From: Pelagomonas calceolata
Lineage: Eukaryota
Direction: 5' to 3'
Length of the DNA: 64,000 nt
Assembly: GCA_918797485.1 (NCBI GenBank)
Contig: CAKKNE010000002.1
Span: 682,001-746,000, forward strand
Positions within the stretch are counted from its first letter, which is position 1. The number at the start of each line of letters is the position of its first letter. The position numbers were made by a program, and so were the translations under genes. The notes beneath the pieces were generated by a model. The model saw only the letters and a program-made list of their open reading frames with translations, was not told where the DNA came from and did not search any database. This document shows positions 62,078 to 64,000 of the stretch, one piece after another.

Positions 62078-63039
62078 CTGTAATAGCGGTCTCGTCGGAC
62101 CCTATACTACCCCACCGATAGTCAATTACAAGTATAGGACATCTACATCATAAGAAGGGTACTTTTGGCTGCCCACGCACGGGACGTGAACATCTGCATC
62201 TGGACCTCGCGGAAGTCGGTCGATCATGGAACAAATGATTGCGTCATGGTCCATGCTGATGGTACACGGGCTGATGGTCGCAGGCCCATGTTTTATGCCC
62301 ATTTGTAGAAGATGCTGGGCTCGCGAGACCGAGCAACCGCGGGTGGTAAACTGGACCTTTCATCCAATGTAGCTGTCACTCAGGCCGGTTATCTGGCCTT
62401 TCCTACAACTAAGGCGCCTGAAACGCAAATTTATTGTACAAACCACCGGTCTGGGGCCTTTCTGGTGTTCCGTCAACGCACCGTCGTTCGCGGAGAACGG
62501 GCAAGTCGGTCGATTGTGAATAGAACAACGGGATTATGGTCCACCTGGATAGTGGCGTCGCTGATACTCGCAGGTTTAGGTTCTGATGTCGTTTTCGCAA
62601 AAACTTGGGGGCGCCGAGTCGCAGTTTCGCGAGGCTTTGACGGGTCATCTAAAATAGCTCAGTAGCCGCTGATTCGGCCTAAATGGACTCTACCACTAAC
62701 AAACGGATGGAAACGAACATAAACTCGGGAGTTGTCTAGTAGAATTCTTTTCCCGCCCTCCGAGCGCGGGCCGTCGGCTCCGGTTCCGTCGGATATGTAT
62801 GAAAACTGGGCTGGAGTTGATATAATGTCCCATTTGGACGGTAGATGGCGGCGTCAATCGCTGGTGTACTTTGGCAAGCCGTAAGCCTTATACGTGAATG
62901 TCGCGGGCGGTGCCTTCCGGGAGGCGCGAGGGTATGTTCCCGGGCCGCTACTCTGAAATCTTTGGTCGCGGCGAACGACTAGGATGTGTTCTGAATTTTG
63001 GTCATTCTTTTGACACTATCGAGGCGTATCTTTCAATTT

Positions 63040-63062
63040 GCTAGTGTGTCGATTACGCTAGC
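63040..63062 (+). promoter_or_regulatory. CTAG dyad intergenic element (no adjacent annotated gene start)
   Basis: GCTAGTGTGTCGATTACGCTAGC. Confidence 0.55.
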
Positions 63063-63295
63063 TCCGTTACTCGCGCCTTGCATCTTTCGCAGCCGGCAAA
63101 CGCCTTCGAAGACAGACAGGAGTACGTAGAAGGCAGAATGGAGTACATGGAAATATATTCCGGGCGCTCGCACTCAGCCACGGTGGGAATCTTGGAGTCA
63201 CTCGACGCCATCGACGCGAAGATATATATCATATACTTACCGGGCCGGGAACGCGCGCGAGGGATTTTTATATAAACTACAGAACAGGGGGTCGA

Positions 63296-64000
63296 TCACT
63301 CGGACGCCATCTTCGCCTCGAATTGCCCCGCGAGCGACCGCGCCGCGCGCAGCCAGAGGAAGATGACGCCGAAGAGGATCGTGGCCAGGTACGGCGTGCA
63401 CGCCGCGAGCGACCCGAGCGACAAAATGAGCATCTGCTGCACGAGCGCGCCGCCGCTCTTCCCGAGCGGGTTCCCAATCACGTCGACCGCGGCCTTGCCC
63501 TTGGTTTTTTGTTCGGCATCTAACGGTATGTAGGCCATCTCCTTGCACGGGTCGAACAACGCGTACTTTGTGGATTTCGACGCGATGTTTTGGGCTGCTC
63601 CTACTAGTACCGCGAGCATCAGCGGCGTCGTACCGAGCGCCCCACAGAGCGGCGCCCAGACGCCCGGCTTTAGTACGAGTGAGAAGAACACGCAACCGGT
63701 AGCTAACAACGTGACAGGCGTCACGGCCGCGGCGACGCCCCACCCAAACTTCTTCAGTATTCTTTGCCCCGCCAACATCATGAACAACGTCACGCCGCCC
63801 GTAGTAGAAGAAAAAGCCCCCATAAATGCCGAATAGGCCGCGGGGTCCGGGAAGCGCCTCTTGAGATTCGCCTTCCACGTCACCTCGACGATGTTGATGG
63901 CCATGCCGTAGCCGATCACTAACGTAGCCAGATCCCGGATGTACTTCGACTGCGCTAGGTATTTAGCAGAATCCCTCATGGACATCTTCGTTTTGGTCTT
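63296..64000 (-). CDS. NTT: Plastidic ATP/ADP nucleotide transporter (TLC/NTT family), 5'-partial
   Basis: Contains YGMAINIVEVTWK, KSTKYALFDPCKEMAYIPLD and KGKAAVDVIGNPLGKSGGALVQQ. Confidence 0.95.
   Translation of the reverse strand, partial: KTKTKMSMRDSAKYLAQSKYIRDLATLVIGYGMAINIVEVTWKANLKRRFPDPAAYSAFMGAFSSTTGGVTLFMMLAGQRILKKFGWGVAAAVTPVTLLATGCVFFSLVLKPGVWAPLCGALGTTPLMLAVLVGAAQNIASKSTKYALFDPCKEMAYIPLDAEQKTKGKAAVDVIGNPLGKSGGALVQQMLILSLGSLAACTPYLATILFGVIFLWLRAARSLAGQFEAKMASE

Noticed and set aside
2354..63062. CTAG dyad as Helitron 3' ends or MITEs
   Set aside because: Not favoured: no homologous flanks or TSDs were seen, and the one-per-promoter, centred placement is unlike random insertion. 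It is not formally excluded.
1..64000. Autonomous transposase for the introners, tRNA/rRNA genes, or a biosynthetic gene cluster
   Set aside because: None were recognisable. Neighbouring enzymes (DXR, ALG8, methyltransferases, GT8) belong to unrelated pathways.

Overview
Gene-dense, GC-rich eukaryotic nuclear DNA with about 35 mostly intronless genes, many arranged as divergent or convergent pairs. The bipartite signal+transit leaders (DXR, amino-acid transporter, PhyH, Rdx), the plastid ATP/ADP transporter and the intron type point to a photosynthetic stramenopile, most likely a pelagophyte (Pelagomonas/Aureococcus-like; this is inference). Recognisable genes include DXR, ALG8, GPN1, PWP2, DLST, RMT2, a PP2C, an NCS2/UapA-type purine permease, a mitochondrial carrier, GH16, GT8, and U-box, Myb and WD40 proteins. 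Main non-gene signals: (1) a ~24-bp dyad element, consensus GCTAGTGTCTTACAGGCCGCTAGC, found once in most promoter-containing intergenic regions (15 good copies plus 1 degenerate), typically 60-320 bp from the ATG(s) and near the middle of divergent promoters; (2) introner-type DNA-transposon introns (TIR CTGTGTGGAAATCAA...TTGATTTCCACACAG, 8-bp TSD supplying a GT or GC donor, internal CCACGCCATCGA/TCGATGGCGTGG hairpin) in all stages of decay; (3) two complementary chimeric halves of a MYND-RINGv gene flanking a WD40 gene; (4) a ~420-bp foldback inside an ORF-less 1.45-kb region; (5) a ~90-bp homologous leader shared by two unrelated methyltransferase genes. Coordinates were read by eye, and intron boundaries are inferred from frame restoration rather than from transcripts.
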